From an uncultured Chloroflexia bacterium (lineage in GTDB: Bacteria > Chloroflexota > Limnocylindria > Limnocylindrales > CSP1-4): a DNA stretch of 64,000 bases. Numbering within the stretch: position 1 is the first letter of the stretch; every line of letters begins with the position of its first letter. The stretch is taken from positions 1,170,782 through 1,234,781 of the forward strand of contig CAWDXA010000011.1 of assembly GCA_963806175.1 (NCBI GenBank), in the 5' to 3' direction. Made by a program: the position numbers and the translations under genes. The notes under the pieces are model-generated. The model saw only the letters and a program-made list of their open reading frames with translations, ran no database searches and was not told where the DNA came from. This document shows positions 44,277 to 53,024 of the stretch, in pieces.

Positions 44277-46601
44277 TCAGCCCTCCCACCCGAGCGCCCG
44301 GGCGAGCCCGTGCTCCCAGGTGTGACGGAGGTCGCGGAGCGGAACATCGAGCGTGTCCGCCACGCGGCCGCCGCGTTCCTCGGCGGCGCCCATCGCCGTG
44401 GCCGATGTCGCCTCGATCACCAGGCGGTCGCCACCGACGGTGCCGACCGGCTCGACCGGCAGGCCGTGCTGGCGCGCCAGCAGGACCAGGGCGGCGGCGT
44501 GGGCCGGCCGGGCCGTCACGACCAGCCGCGACGGGCTCTCCCCGAACAGCCCGACCGCGGGCGAGCCGACGTGCGCCAGCCGGACGGTCGCGCCGAGGTC
44601 GCTCCAGATCGCAGCCTCCGCGAGGGCGACGGCGAGGCCGCCACCCGAGACGTCCTGGACGGACGCGACCAGCCCGCGGGCGATCGCCTCGCGGATGAAG
44701 GCCTGGACGGCCGCCTCGCGGGCGAGATCGAGGTCCGGCGGCGTGTCGTCGTCCGTCAACCCGGCAAGCTGCGCATAGGCGGAGCCGACCAGTCCCGGCG
44801 TCGAGTCGCCGACCAGCACGATCCTGTCGCCGGCATCGACGAAGGCCGGGCCGACCAGCGTCGAGATGTCGTCGAGCAACCCCACCACCCCGATCTCGGG
44901 GGTGGGAGCGATGCGGCCCGTGGGCGACTCGTTATAGAGCGAGACGTTGCCGCCGGTGACCGGCAGGCCGAGCGCGCGGCACGCGTCGGCCAGCCCGCGA
45001 ACCCCTTCGCTCAGCTGCCAGAACGCGTCGGGGCGGGTGGGATCGCCGTAGTTGAGGCAGTTGGTCACGCCGAGCGGCCGTGCCCCGGTGATCGAGACGT
45101 TCCGGGTCGCCTCGGCGACCGACAGCGCCGCGCCGAGCCACGGATCCACGACACCGACCGACTGGTTCCCGTCGGTGGTGGCGACGAGCGCCTTGGGCGT
45201 GCCCCTGACCCGCAGGACCGCGGCGCCGCGGCCCGGACCGGCCACGGTGTCCGCGCCGACCGTCGAGTCGTACTGCTGGAAGACGGCCCGCCGCGACGAC
45301 AGGTTGGCCGAGCCGAGCAGTGCCAGGAGCACCGCCCCCGGGTCCATTCCGCGTTCCGGGAGCCGGTCGCTGACCGCGGCCGGCACGCCGGGAGCCGGCG
45401 CACCTCGCCGATGGGTTGGCGGCATCGCCACGCGTGCGTGCTCGATCGCGTCACTCGTCAGCGCCCGCGCCGGGATCCGGGCGATCTCGCGCGATCCGGC
45501 GGCCGGGCGTCCATCGTCGTCCAGCCCGCCTTCGACGACCGTGATGTCGCCGTTCCCGGTCACCCGGCCGATGATCGCCGCCGGCAGGCCCCAGCGCCGG
45601 CAGACCTCCAGGACGGCCGGCCAGCGATCCGGCCGGACCGCCGCGCACATCCGCTCCTGCGACTCGGAGATCATCACCTCGAACGGTGCCATGGCGGGCT
45701 CGCGGCGCGGGATCGCGTCCAGGTCGACGAGCATCCCGGTCCCGGCGCGGTCGGCCGTCTCCGAGGTCGCGCAGGTGATCCCGCCCGCCCCAAGGTCCTG
45801 GAGTCCCTCGACCAAACCGCGTTCGATCAGCTCGAGGGACGCCTCGATCAGGAGCTTCTCGGCGAACGGGTCGCCGACCTGCACGGACGGCCGTTTGGAG
45901 GGATCGTCGTCGGTGAACGTCGCGCTGGCGAGGACCGAGGCACCGCCGATCCCGTCCCGCCCGGTCGCCGAGCCGTAGAGCACGACGAGGTTGCCCGGCC
46001 CGGGCGCGGACGCCAGCGTCAGGCGGTCCTCGCGCACCAGCCCGATCGCCATGACGTTGACCAGTGGATTGCCCTCGTAGCACGGGTCGAAGACAAGCTC
46101 GCCGCCGACCGTCGGGACGCCGACGCAGTTGCCGTAGCCGCCCACGCCGCGGACGACGCCGTCGACCAGGTGCCGGGTGCGAGGACCGGCCGGGTCACCG
46201 AAGCGGAGCGCGTCGAGCACGGCGATCGGGCGGGCGCCCATCGTGAAGATGTCGCGCAGGATCCCGCCGACACCGGTCGCGGCGCCCTGGTACGGCTCGA
46301 CCGCGGAAGGATGGTTGTGCGATTCGATCTTGAAGACGACCGCCAGACCGCCGCCGATCGAGATCACCCCGGCGTTCTCGCCGGGACCGGCGACCACGCC
46401 CTTGCCCTCGGTCGGGAGCGTTCGGAGCAACGGCCTGGAGCTCTTGTAGGAGCAGTGTTCGCTCCACATCACGCTGAACATCGCCAGCTCGAGGTCGTTC
46501 GGATCCCGGCCCCCCAGCCGGTCGCGGATGGCCTCCAGCTCCTCGTCGGTCACGCCGAGCCGGCGGTGGAGCGGCTCGGCCGGCAGGTCGGCGACGGTCA
46601 T
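44277..46601 (-). CDS. purL: FGAM synthase subunit PurL
   Basis: WSEHCSYK; ESHNHPS; SESQERM; GGNVSLYN. Confidence 0.98.
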   Translation of the reverse strand: MTVADLPAEPLHRRLGVTDEELEAIRDRLGGRDPNDLELAMFSVMWSEHCSYKSSRPLLRTLPTEGKGVVAGPGENAGVISIGGGLAVVFKIESHNHPSAVEPYQGAATGVGGILRDIFTMGARPIAVLDALRFGDPAGPRTRHLVDGVVRGVGGYGNCVGVPTVGGELVFDPCYEGNPLVNVMAIGLVREDRLTLASAPGPGNLVVLYGSATGRDGIGGASVLASATFTDDDPSKRPSVQVGDPFAEKLLIEASLELIERGLVEGLQDLGAGGITCATSETADRAGTGMLVDLDAIPRREPAMAPFEVMISESQERMCAAVRPDRWPAVLEVCRRWGLPAAIIGRVTGNGDITVVEGGLDDDGRPAAGSREIARIPARALTSDAIEHARVAMPPTHRRGAPAPGVPAAVSDRLPERGMDPGAVLLALLGSANLSSRRAVFQQYDSTVGADTVAGPGRGAAVLRVRGTPKALVATTDGNQSVGVVDPWLGAALSVAEATRNVSITGARPLGVTNCLNYGDPTRPDAFWQLSEGVRGLADACRALGLPVTGGNVSLYNESPTGRIAPTPEIGVVGLLDDISTLVGPAFVDAGDRIVLVGDSTPGLVGSAYAQLAGLTDDDTPPDLDLAREAAVQAFIREAIARGLVASVQDVSGGGLAVALAEAAIWSDLGATVRLAHVGSPAVGLFGESPSRLVVTARPAHAAALVLLARQHGLPVEPVGTVGGDRLVIEATSATAMGAAEERGGRVADTLDVPLRDLRHTWEHGLARALGWEG

Positions 46602-47341
46602 CGGGCGGCGGCCTTCAGCGATGTCACGCTGCCGGCAGCTCGCGCGGCGCTCTCGACCAGCGAGCGCACGATCCCCATGCCGTCGTCCGAGCCGAGGATC
46701 GCCTCGGCGGCCCGTTCCGGGTGCGGCATCAGGCCGGCCACGTTGCCGTTCGCGTTGACGACCCCGGCGATCGCGCGGAGCGAGCCGTTCGGGTTGGCCG
46801 GATTGCCGGGCTGCGCATTCGCGCCGGTCGAGTCCACGTACCGGAAGACCACCTGCCCGTCACGCTCGAGGGCGTCCAGCGTCGCGTCGTCGGCGTAGTA
46901 GCAGCCCTCGCCGTGGGCCACCGGCATGTGCAGCGGCCGGCGCAAGTCGAGCGCATGGGTGAAAGCCGTGTCGACACGCTCCGCGGCGATCGCCACCTCC
47001 TGGCCGGCAAAGCGCAGGGACTGGTTGCGCAGCAACGCCCCAGGGACCAGTCCGGCCTCGGCCAGGACCTGGAAGCCGTTGCAGATCCCGAGGACCAGCC
47101 CGCCGTCGGCGGCGAATGCGGCGACGGCCCGCATGATCGGGCTGAACCGGGCGATCACGCCGGCCCGCAGGTAGTCGCCGTAGGCGAACCCGCCCGGCAG
47201 GATGACCGCGGCGACGCTGTCGAGCGTGGCCTGCTCGTGCCACAGGACGACGGGCTCGGCGCCGGCCAGGTCGAGGGCGTGGACCGTGTCGCGGTCGCAG
47301 TTGCTCCCGGGAAAGACCACCACGCCGATCCGGACGGGCAT
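46598..47341 (-). CDS. purQ: FGAM synthase glutaminase subunit
   Basis: FPGSNCD; GICNGFQ; MPHPER. Confidence 0.98.
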   Translation of the reverse strand: MPVRIGVVVFPGSNCDRDTVHALDLAGAEPVVLWHEQATLDSVAAVILPGGFAYGDYLRAGVIARFSPIMRAVAAFAADGGLVLGICNGFQVLAEAGLVPGALLRNQSLRFAGQEVAIAAERVDTAFTHALDLRRPLHMPVAHGEGCYYADDATLDALERDGQVVFRYVDSTGANAQPGNPANPNGSLRAIAGVVNANGNVAGLMPHPERAAEAILGSDDGMGIVRSLVESAARAAGSVTSLKAAAR

Positions 47342-47632
47342 CTAGCCCTCCTCCACCACGGTGCTGGTCGTCGACGACGCTCCACCGATCGGCTCGAGCA
47401 CGTAGGCCTCGATGAGCGGGTTCGACAGGAGCTCGCGGGCGAGCCGGTCGACGACCCCACGCGCGGCCGGCTCGTCGGCGGCCTCGACCGCCAGCTCGAC
47501 GCGTCGGCCGACCCGAACGGCGCTCACCCCCGTGATCCCGAGGTGGCCGAGGCTCCCCTCGACCGCCCTGCCCTGCGGATCGAGGATGCCGGGCTTGGGC
47601 GTCACGTTGACCGCGAACCGGAAGCTGGTCAT
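47342..47632 (-). CDS. purS: FGAM synthase subunit PurS
   Basis: ATG at 47632; ILDPQG; LLSNPLIE. Confidence 0.95.
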   Translation of the reverse strand: MTSFRFAVNVTPKPGILDPQGRAVEGSLGHLGITGVSAVRVGRRVELAVEAADEPAARGVVDRLARELLSNPLIEAYVLEPIGGASSTTSTVVEEG

Positions 47633-48696
47633 GGGGCGATCACGTCCTCCTTGAGATACCGGTCGAAGCTGGCGCCGGTGATCCGCTCGTAGGCCTCGAT
47701 GTAACGGGACCGCGTTCCCTCGACGACCTCGGGCGGCAGGGCCGGGCCCGGGTCCGTCTTGTCCCACGGCTGCTGGTCCAGCCAATCGCGCACGAACTGC
47801 TTGTCGAAGCTCGGCTGAGGACGGCCCGGCTCGTACGCCGCGGCGTCCCAGAAGCGCGACGAATCCGGGGTCATGACCTCGTCGATGAGGATGAGGTTGT
47901 CCTGCGCCACGCCCGAGAAGACCTGCGGCCTGCGGCCCGGCGAACGGTCGCGCCTGATCTGTTCCTCCGGCGGTCCGATCGGCGCTTCCTCATCGCCGGT
48001 CAGCGCGTGCCCGAACTCGAACTTCGTATCGGCCAGGATGATTCCGCGGCGCGCCGCCACGGCCGCGCCGTAGCCGTACAGCCGCAAGGCCGTATCGCGG
48101 ATCACCTCCGCCGGCGGTCCGGCGAGATCCTTGCGGCCGCCCCAGCGCGCCGCCATGTGCTCGATCATCCCGTCGAAGCTGACGTTCTGGTCGTGCTCGC
48201 CCTGTTCCGCCTTGGTGGCCGGCGTGAAGATCGGCTCCGGCAGCCTGTCACTCTCGCGCAGCCCGGGCGGCAAGGCGATCCCGCAGACCGTCCCGCCATC
48301 CTGGTACTCCCTCCACCCGGATCCGGAGAGGTAGCCGCGCACGACCGCCTCGATCGGCACGACCGAGGCCGGCCGGCAGATCATGATCCGGCCCCGGATC
48401 GGGTCCAGCGATCCGAGATCGGGCGGCTCGTGGCCGGCCGCGCGGACCTCCATGTTGAGGGTGTTCGCGAGCACCGCAGGGTCCGTGTCGAGGAGGTGGT
48501 TCGGGATCATGGAGGCGGTCTCGGCGAACCAGAACCGCGAGATCGCGGTAAGGACGCGGCCCTTGTCTGGCACGAGCGTCGGGAGGACGACGTCGAACGC
48601 CGAGATCCGGTCCGAGGCGACCAGCAGCACTCGACCGTCGTTGAGGCGGTACAGGTCGCGCACCTTGCCCGAGCGAAGGTACGAGTCAGCCAGCAC
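47629..48696 (-). CDS. purC: SAICAR synthetase (with insertions)
   Basis: SGKVRDLY; SDRISAFD; ADTKFEFG; TPDSSRFW; DKQFVR. Confidence 0.96.
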   Translation of the reverse strand: MLADSYLRSGKVRDLYRLNDGRVLLVASDRISAFDVVLPTLVPDKGRVLTAISRFWFAETASMIPNHLLDTDPAVLANTLNMEVRAAGHEPPDLGSLDPIRGRIMICRPASVVPIEAVVRGYLSGSGWREYQDGGTVCGIALPPGLRESDRLPEPIFTPATKAEQGEHDQNVSFDGMIEHMAARWGGRKDLAGPPAEVIRDTALRLYGYGAAVAARRGIILADTKFEFGHALTGDEEAPIGPPEEQIRRDRSPGRRPQVFSGVAQDNLILIDEVMTPDSSRFWDAAAYEPGRPQPSFDKQFVRDWLDQQPWDKTDPGPALPPEVVEGTRSRYIEAYERITGASFDRYLKEDVIAP

Positions 48697-50038
48697 CGGA
48701 CGCCTCCGCGGTCGGGACCGCCTGGCGGACGGCGAGGGCCTCGCTCAGCGTGTCCAGCCGGGCGATCACGACGGGTGCGTGGGCGAGATACCTCGCGTCG
48801 TCGAAGCAGGCGTCGAGCTGGGCCAGCGACAGCCGTTGGGCGACCAGGCCGTCGACGGCCAGGAGCTCCCGCAGCGGCTGTCGCTCGTCGGCGGCCCGAA
48901 GCGCCGTCCGCTGGACGACCGCGTACGCCTCCTCGCGTGCCAGCCCGGCTTCGAGCAGCGCGCTCAGCACCCTGGACGAGGCGTGCAGGCCCAGCCCGCG
49001 CCCGATGTTGTCGCGCATCCGCTCCGGGCGGACGATCAGCCCCTCGACCAGGCCGGTCATCTTCACCAGCATGTAGTCGAGGACGATCGTGGCGTCGGGC
49101 AGGATCACCCGCTCGGCGCTGCTGTGGCTGATGTCGCGCTCGTGCCACAACGGCTGGTCCTCGAGCGCGGTGAGCGCATACCCGCGGAGCAGCCTGGCCA
49201 GCCCGGCGATCCGCTCCGACAGGATCGGGTTCCGTTTGTGCGGCATCGCCGACGAGCCCTTCTGACCCGTCCTGAACGGCTCCTGGAGTTCGCCGATCTC
49301 CGTGTGCTGGAGGTTCCGGACCTCCGTGGCGAAGCGCTCCAGCGATCCGCCGAGGACGGCCATGGAGACGAGCAGCGCCGCGTGACGGTCGCGCTGCACG
49401 ATCTGGCTGCTGGCCGGGTCCACCCGCAGCTCGAGCGCCGCGAGCACCTCCGCCTCCACGTCCGGGGCGAGGTGGCTGTACGTGCCGACCGGACCCGAGA
49501 TCTTGCCGGTTGCGATCTCGTCGACGGCGGCGGCCAGGCGGACGCGCCCTCGCTCGAGCTCGAACGCCCATCCGGCAAGCTTGAGACCGAGCGTCGTCGG
49601 CTCCGCGTGGACGGAGTGGGTCCGGCCCATCATCACCGTGCCGGCCTCAGCCCGGGCACGGACGATGATCGCCGTCAGGAGCCGATCGACGTCGCCCAGC
49701 AATCGCAGGCCGGCGGTCCGGAGCTGGAGGGCCAGCGCCGTGTCCACGACGTCGCTGCTGGTCAGCCCGAAGTGCAGGAACCGCCCGTCGGGCCCGACCG
49801 ACTCGGCAACCTGGCTGACGAAGGCGATGACGTCGTGATCGGTCGTTCGCTCGATCTCGGCGATCCGGTCGACGTCGATCCGGGCGCGCGACTCGAGCGT
49901 CCCGGGGACGTCAGCCGGGATCAGCCCGCGTACCGCCTCCGCGCGCGCCACGGCAAGCTCGACACGGAGCATCGACTCGAAGCGCGCCTCATCGGACCAG
50001 ATCGCACCCATTTCCGGGAGGGTGTAGCGCCGGATCAT
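48686..50038 (-). CDS. purB: Adenylosuccinate lyase
   Basis: MIRRYT; HDVIAF; GRTH; GSSAMPHKRNP; ERDISHSS. Confidence 0.97.
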   Translation of the reverse strand: MIRRYTLPEMGAIWSDEARFESMLRVELAVARAEAVRGLIPADVPGTLESRARIDVDRIAEIERTTDHDVIAFVSQVAESVGPDGRFLHFGLTSSDVVDTALALQLRTAGLRLLGDVDRLLTAIIVRARAEAGTVMMGRTHSVHAEPTTLGLKLAGWAFELERGRVRLAAAVDEIATGKISGPVGTYSHLAPDVEAEVLAALELRVDPASSQIVQRDRHAALLVSMAVLGGSLERFATEVRNLQHTEIGELQEPFRTGQKGSSAMPHKRNPILSERIAGLARLLRGYALTALEDQPLWHERDISHSSAERVILPDATIVLDYMLVKMTGLVEGLIVRPERMRDNIGRGLGLHASSRVLSALLEAGLAREEAYAVVQRTALRAADERQPLRELLAVDGLVAQRLSLAQLDACFDDARYLAHAPVVIARLDTLSEALAVRQAVPTAEASGAG

Positions 50039-50051
50039 GCGAGAACCCCGT

Positions 50052-51386
50052 TCACCGGCCCGCGACCGGGGCGAGTGCGGACGACCCGATGTCGCGCCGA
50101 TAGTGCAGGCCCGGCGCCCGGATGACCTCCGCGGCCGCCATCGCGGCGGCGCCCGCCGCGGGCAGGTCCGCCGCCCGACCCACCACGGACAGGACCCGCC
50201 CACCGGCGGTCCGCACGGTCCCGTCGGGATCCACCGACGTCCCGGCATGAAAGACGAGCGTCCCGTGCGCCGCGGCCTCGTCGAGCCCGTCGATCCGGTC
50301 GCCGGGGCGGGGGCTTCCGGGGTAGCCGGCCGCCGCGAGCACGATCGCCACCGTGGCCCCGGGCAGCGCCGGCAGCCGACCGCCGGAGAGGATCGAGGCG
50401 GGCACCTGCCCGCGCAGATCTCCGCGCGCCGCGGCGAGGAGGATCGGGCCCAGCGGCATCGCCAGGCGCGGCAGGATGGCCTGCGTCTCCGGATCCCCGA
50501 ACCTTGCGTTGCACTCGAGCAGGACCGGGCCGTCCGGGGTGAGCATGAGCCCCGCGTAGAGCGCGCCGCGGAAGGGCGTCCCGCGACGGGCCAGCTCGGC
50601 CAGGATCGGCCGGTGGAAGGCGTCGAGCAGCGATCCGATCCGGTCGTCCGGGAGGTCCGGCAATGGGCTGTAGGCGCCCATGCCGCCGGTGTTGGGCCCG
50701 GTATCGCCGTCGGCGAGGCGCTTGTGGTCGCGCGACAGCGGCAGCGCCAGCGCGTCGCGCCCATCGCAGACCGCGATCAGGCTTGCCTCCGGACCGGACA
50801 GTCGCTCCTCGATGACGATGGTGCCGGCCGGCTCGGCCGCGAAGAACTGGTCGATCGACGCCTCCGCCTCGGCCAGTGAGTCGCAGACGGTCACGCCCTT
50901 CCCGGCGGCAAGCCCGTCGGCCTTGACGACCACGCCCCGGTTCGCGGCGGCGAGTTCGGCGGCGAACCGGTGGGCGCCGTCGGCAGCCCGGAACGCCGCG
51001 GCACGCGCCATCGGCACGCTGGCGGCGGCCGCAACCTCGTGGCAGAAGGCCTTGCTCGACTCGATCCTGGCGGCCGCCCGCGACGGTCCGAACACGGCGA
51101 TCCCGGCGTCGCGCAGGGCGTCGCTCACCCCGGCGGCCAGCACGGCCTCGGGCCCGATGACCACGAGCTCGACCGTCGCGCGTCGCGCCACGTCAACCAC
51201 CGCTGCCGGATCGAGCGGGTCGACGGCGGGGACGCACCGAACGCGCGGCTCGCGTGCGATCGCGTCGCTGCCGGGCGCCACGATGACCTCGTTGCCGCCC
51301 GGCTCGGCGGCAAGCTTCCAGGCCAGCGCGTGCTCGCGGCCGCCGCTCCCCACGATCAGCGTCCGGGTCGGGGCGATCGGGGTCAT
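50052..51386 (-). CDS. purD: Phosphoribosylamine--glycine ligase
   Basis: GSGGREHAL; KADGLAAGKGV; GPNTGGMGAY; RFGDPE. Confidence 0.97.
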   Translation of the reverse strand: MTPIAPTRTLIVGSGGREHALAWKLAAEPGGNEVIVAPGSDAIAREPRVRCVPAVDPLDPAAVVDVARRATVELVVIGPEAVLAAGVSDALRDAGIAVFGPSRAAARIESSKAFCHEVAAAASVPMARAAAFRAADGAHRFAAELAAANRGVVVKADGLAAGKGVTVCDSLAEAEASIDQFFAAEPAGTIVIEERLSGPEASLIAVCDGRDALALPLSRDHKRLADGDTGPNTGGMGAYSPLPDLPDDRIGSLLDAFHRPILAELARRGTPFRGALYAGLMLTPDGPVLLECNARFGDPETQAILPRLAMPLGPILLAAARGDLRGQVPASILSGGRLPALPGATVAIVLAAAGYPGSPRPGDRIDGLDEAAAHGTLVFHAGTSVDPDGTVRTAGGRVLSVVGRAADLPAAGAAAMAAAEVIRAPGLHYRRDIGSSALAPVAGR

Positions 51387-52690
51387 GCCGGCAGCCCCGG
51401 GCGGCGGCGCATCGGGCGCCAGGCCCGCTCGATCGTCTGGGTCCGCTCTGGACCGACCGACACGAAGATGATCGGCACGCCAGCGTGCTCCTCGATCGCG
51501 CTCACGTAGCGCCGCGCGTTCTCCGGGAGGTCGCCCAGCGAGCGGACGTCGTGGATCGGTTCGGCCCAGCCGGGGAACTCCTCGTAGATGGGGGTCACCC
51601 GCGACAGCGACGCACCGCTCGACGGCCACGTCTCGACCCGCTCGCCGTCCATCGAGTAGGCGACGCACAGCCGGATCGTCTCAATGCCCGACAGGATGTC
51701 GAGCTTGTTGAGGGTGATGGAGCTGACGCTGTTCACGGCCACCGCGTAGCGAAGCGGGACGGCGTCGAACCAGCCGACCCGCCGCGGCCGGCCGGTCACC
51801 GTTCCGTACTCGTTCCCGCGCTTCGCGATCCCGGCCCCGATCTCGTCGAGCAGCTCGGTCGGATACGGACCGGATCCCACCCGGGTCGAGTACGCCTTGA
51901 CGACACCGATCACCTCGTCGACCTGGAGCGGGCCGATCCCGCCGCCCGTGCAGGCGCCGCCGGCGACCGGGTTCGACGAGGTCACATACGGGTAGCTGCC
52001 GTGGTCGAGGTCGAGGAGCGTCCCCTGGGCGCCTTCGAGCAGGACATGCTCGCCGCGGGACAGCGCCCCCTGCACGAGCCACGTCGTGTCGTCGAGGTGC
52101 TCGCGCAGGCGATGGCCCCAGCCGAGGGCCAGGGCCACCAGCGGCTCGAGCTCGAATCGGGCGCCGCCCATCGACCCGAGCAGGAGGTTCTTGTCCGGCA
52201 GGACCCGCGCGAGTCGCTCGCGGATGACGTCCGGGTCGAGCAGGTCCTCCATGCGCAGCCCGAGTCGCCAGGCTCGATCGCCGTAGGCCGGCCCGATCCC
52301 CCGGCCCGTCGTGCCGACCCTGGCCTCCGCCAGCCGGGCCTCGTTCCCGAGGTCGAGCGCGACGTGGTACGGCATGATCACGTGAGCGCTCCGGCTGACC
52401 CGCACCCTGGCCACGTCGATGCCGCGCGAGGCGAGCATGTCGAGCTCGTCGATCAGGGTCTGCGGGTTGACGACCACGCCGTTGCCGATCACCGACGTGA
52501 TGTGCGGGTAGAGGACCCCCGACGGCGTCAACCGGAGCTTGAAGACCTCGTCGCCCTTGACGACCGTATGGCCGGCGTTGTCGCCGCCCTGGTAGCGGAC
52601 GACCATCGCGACCTGCTCGGCAAGGAAGTCGGTCATCTTGCCCTTGCCCTCGTCGCCCCACTGCAACCCGACGATCACGGTCGCGGGCAT
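51383..52690 (-). CDS. purA: Adenylosuccinate synthetase
   Basis: QWGDEGKGK; NAGHT; GTTGRGIGP; EGAQG; YPYVTSS; TGRPRRVGW. Confidence 0.98.
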   Translation of the reverse strand: MPATVIVGLQWGDEGKGKMTDFLAEQVAMVVRYQGGDNAGHTVVKGDEVFKLRLTPSGVLYPHITSVIGNGVVVNPQTLIDELDMLASRGIDVARVRVSRSAHVIMPYHVALDLGNEARLAEARVGTTGRGIGPAYGDRAWRLGLRMEDLLDPDVIRERLARVLPDKNLLLGSMGGARFELEPLVALALGWGHRLREHLDDTTWLVQGALSRGEHVLLEGAQGTLLDLDHGSYPYVTSSNPVAGGACTGGGIGPLQVDEVIGVVKAYSTRVGSGPYPTELLDEIGAGIAKRGNEYGTVTGRPRRVGWFDAVPLRYAVAVNSVSSITLNKLDILSGIETIRLCVAYSMDGERVETWPSSGASLSRVTPIYEEFPGWAEPIHDVRSLGDLPENARRYVSAIEEHAGVPIIFVSVGPERTQTIERAWRPMRRRPGLPA

Positions 52691-52722
52691 CAGGGCCGCC
52701 CCGGATCGATGCGCCACCAATG

Positions 52723-52753
52723 AAAAAGGTCCCTCCCGCAAGGGAATGGGACC
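52723..52753 (-). terminator. Intrinsic terminator inside the purA leader (attenuator)
   Basis: Minus strand GGTCCC-ATTCCC-TTGC-GGGA-GGGACC-TTTTT, 32 nt before the purA ATG. Confidence 0.85.
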
Positions 52754-52903
52754 CGGATAGAGCTCTCCCGCGTCGCACTGCCGGCGCTCCGGCGGATCAT
52801 CGTGGTCCGGTCGCTCGGGCGCCTCACGGGACGACCGATGCGCCTTGCAAGCGCGATCGCTGACCTCCTGGTACGCGGGCCCCGGCCCGCCTGCTCTGAG
52901 GAG
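52723..52903 (-). ncRNA. Candidate riboswitch/attenuator leader of the pur operon (class unassigned)
   Basis: About 180 nt of multi-stem sequence between an extended -10 and a terminator, upstream of ten purine genes. Confidence 0.6.
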
Positions 52904-52908
52904 GCTGG

Positions 52909-52917
52909 AGTATAGCA
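52909..52917 (-). promoter_or_regulatory. Extended -10 promoter of the pur operon
   Basis: TGcTATACT on the minus strand. Confidence 0.7.
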
Positions 52918-53024
52918 GGGCGACTTCGCCGGAACCGCGGCCGGCGGGCGCGGTACGACCGGCGCCGGGGGGTCAGTACCTTCAGGCGAGCCGGGCAGGG
53001 ACCGTCCCCGACTAGCCTTGGCAG

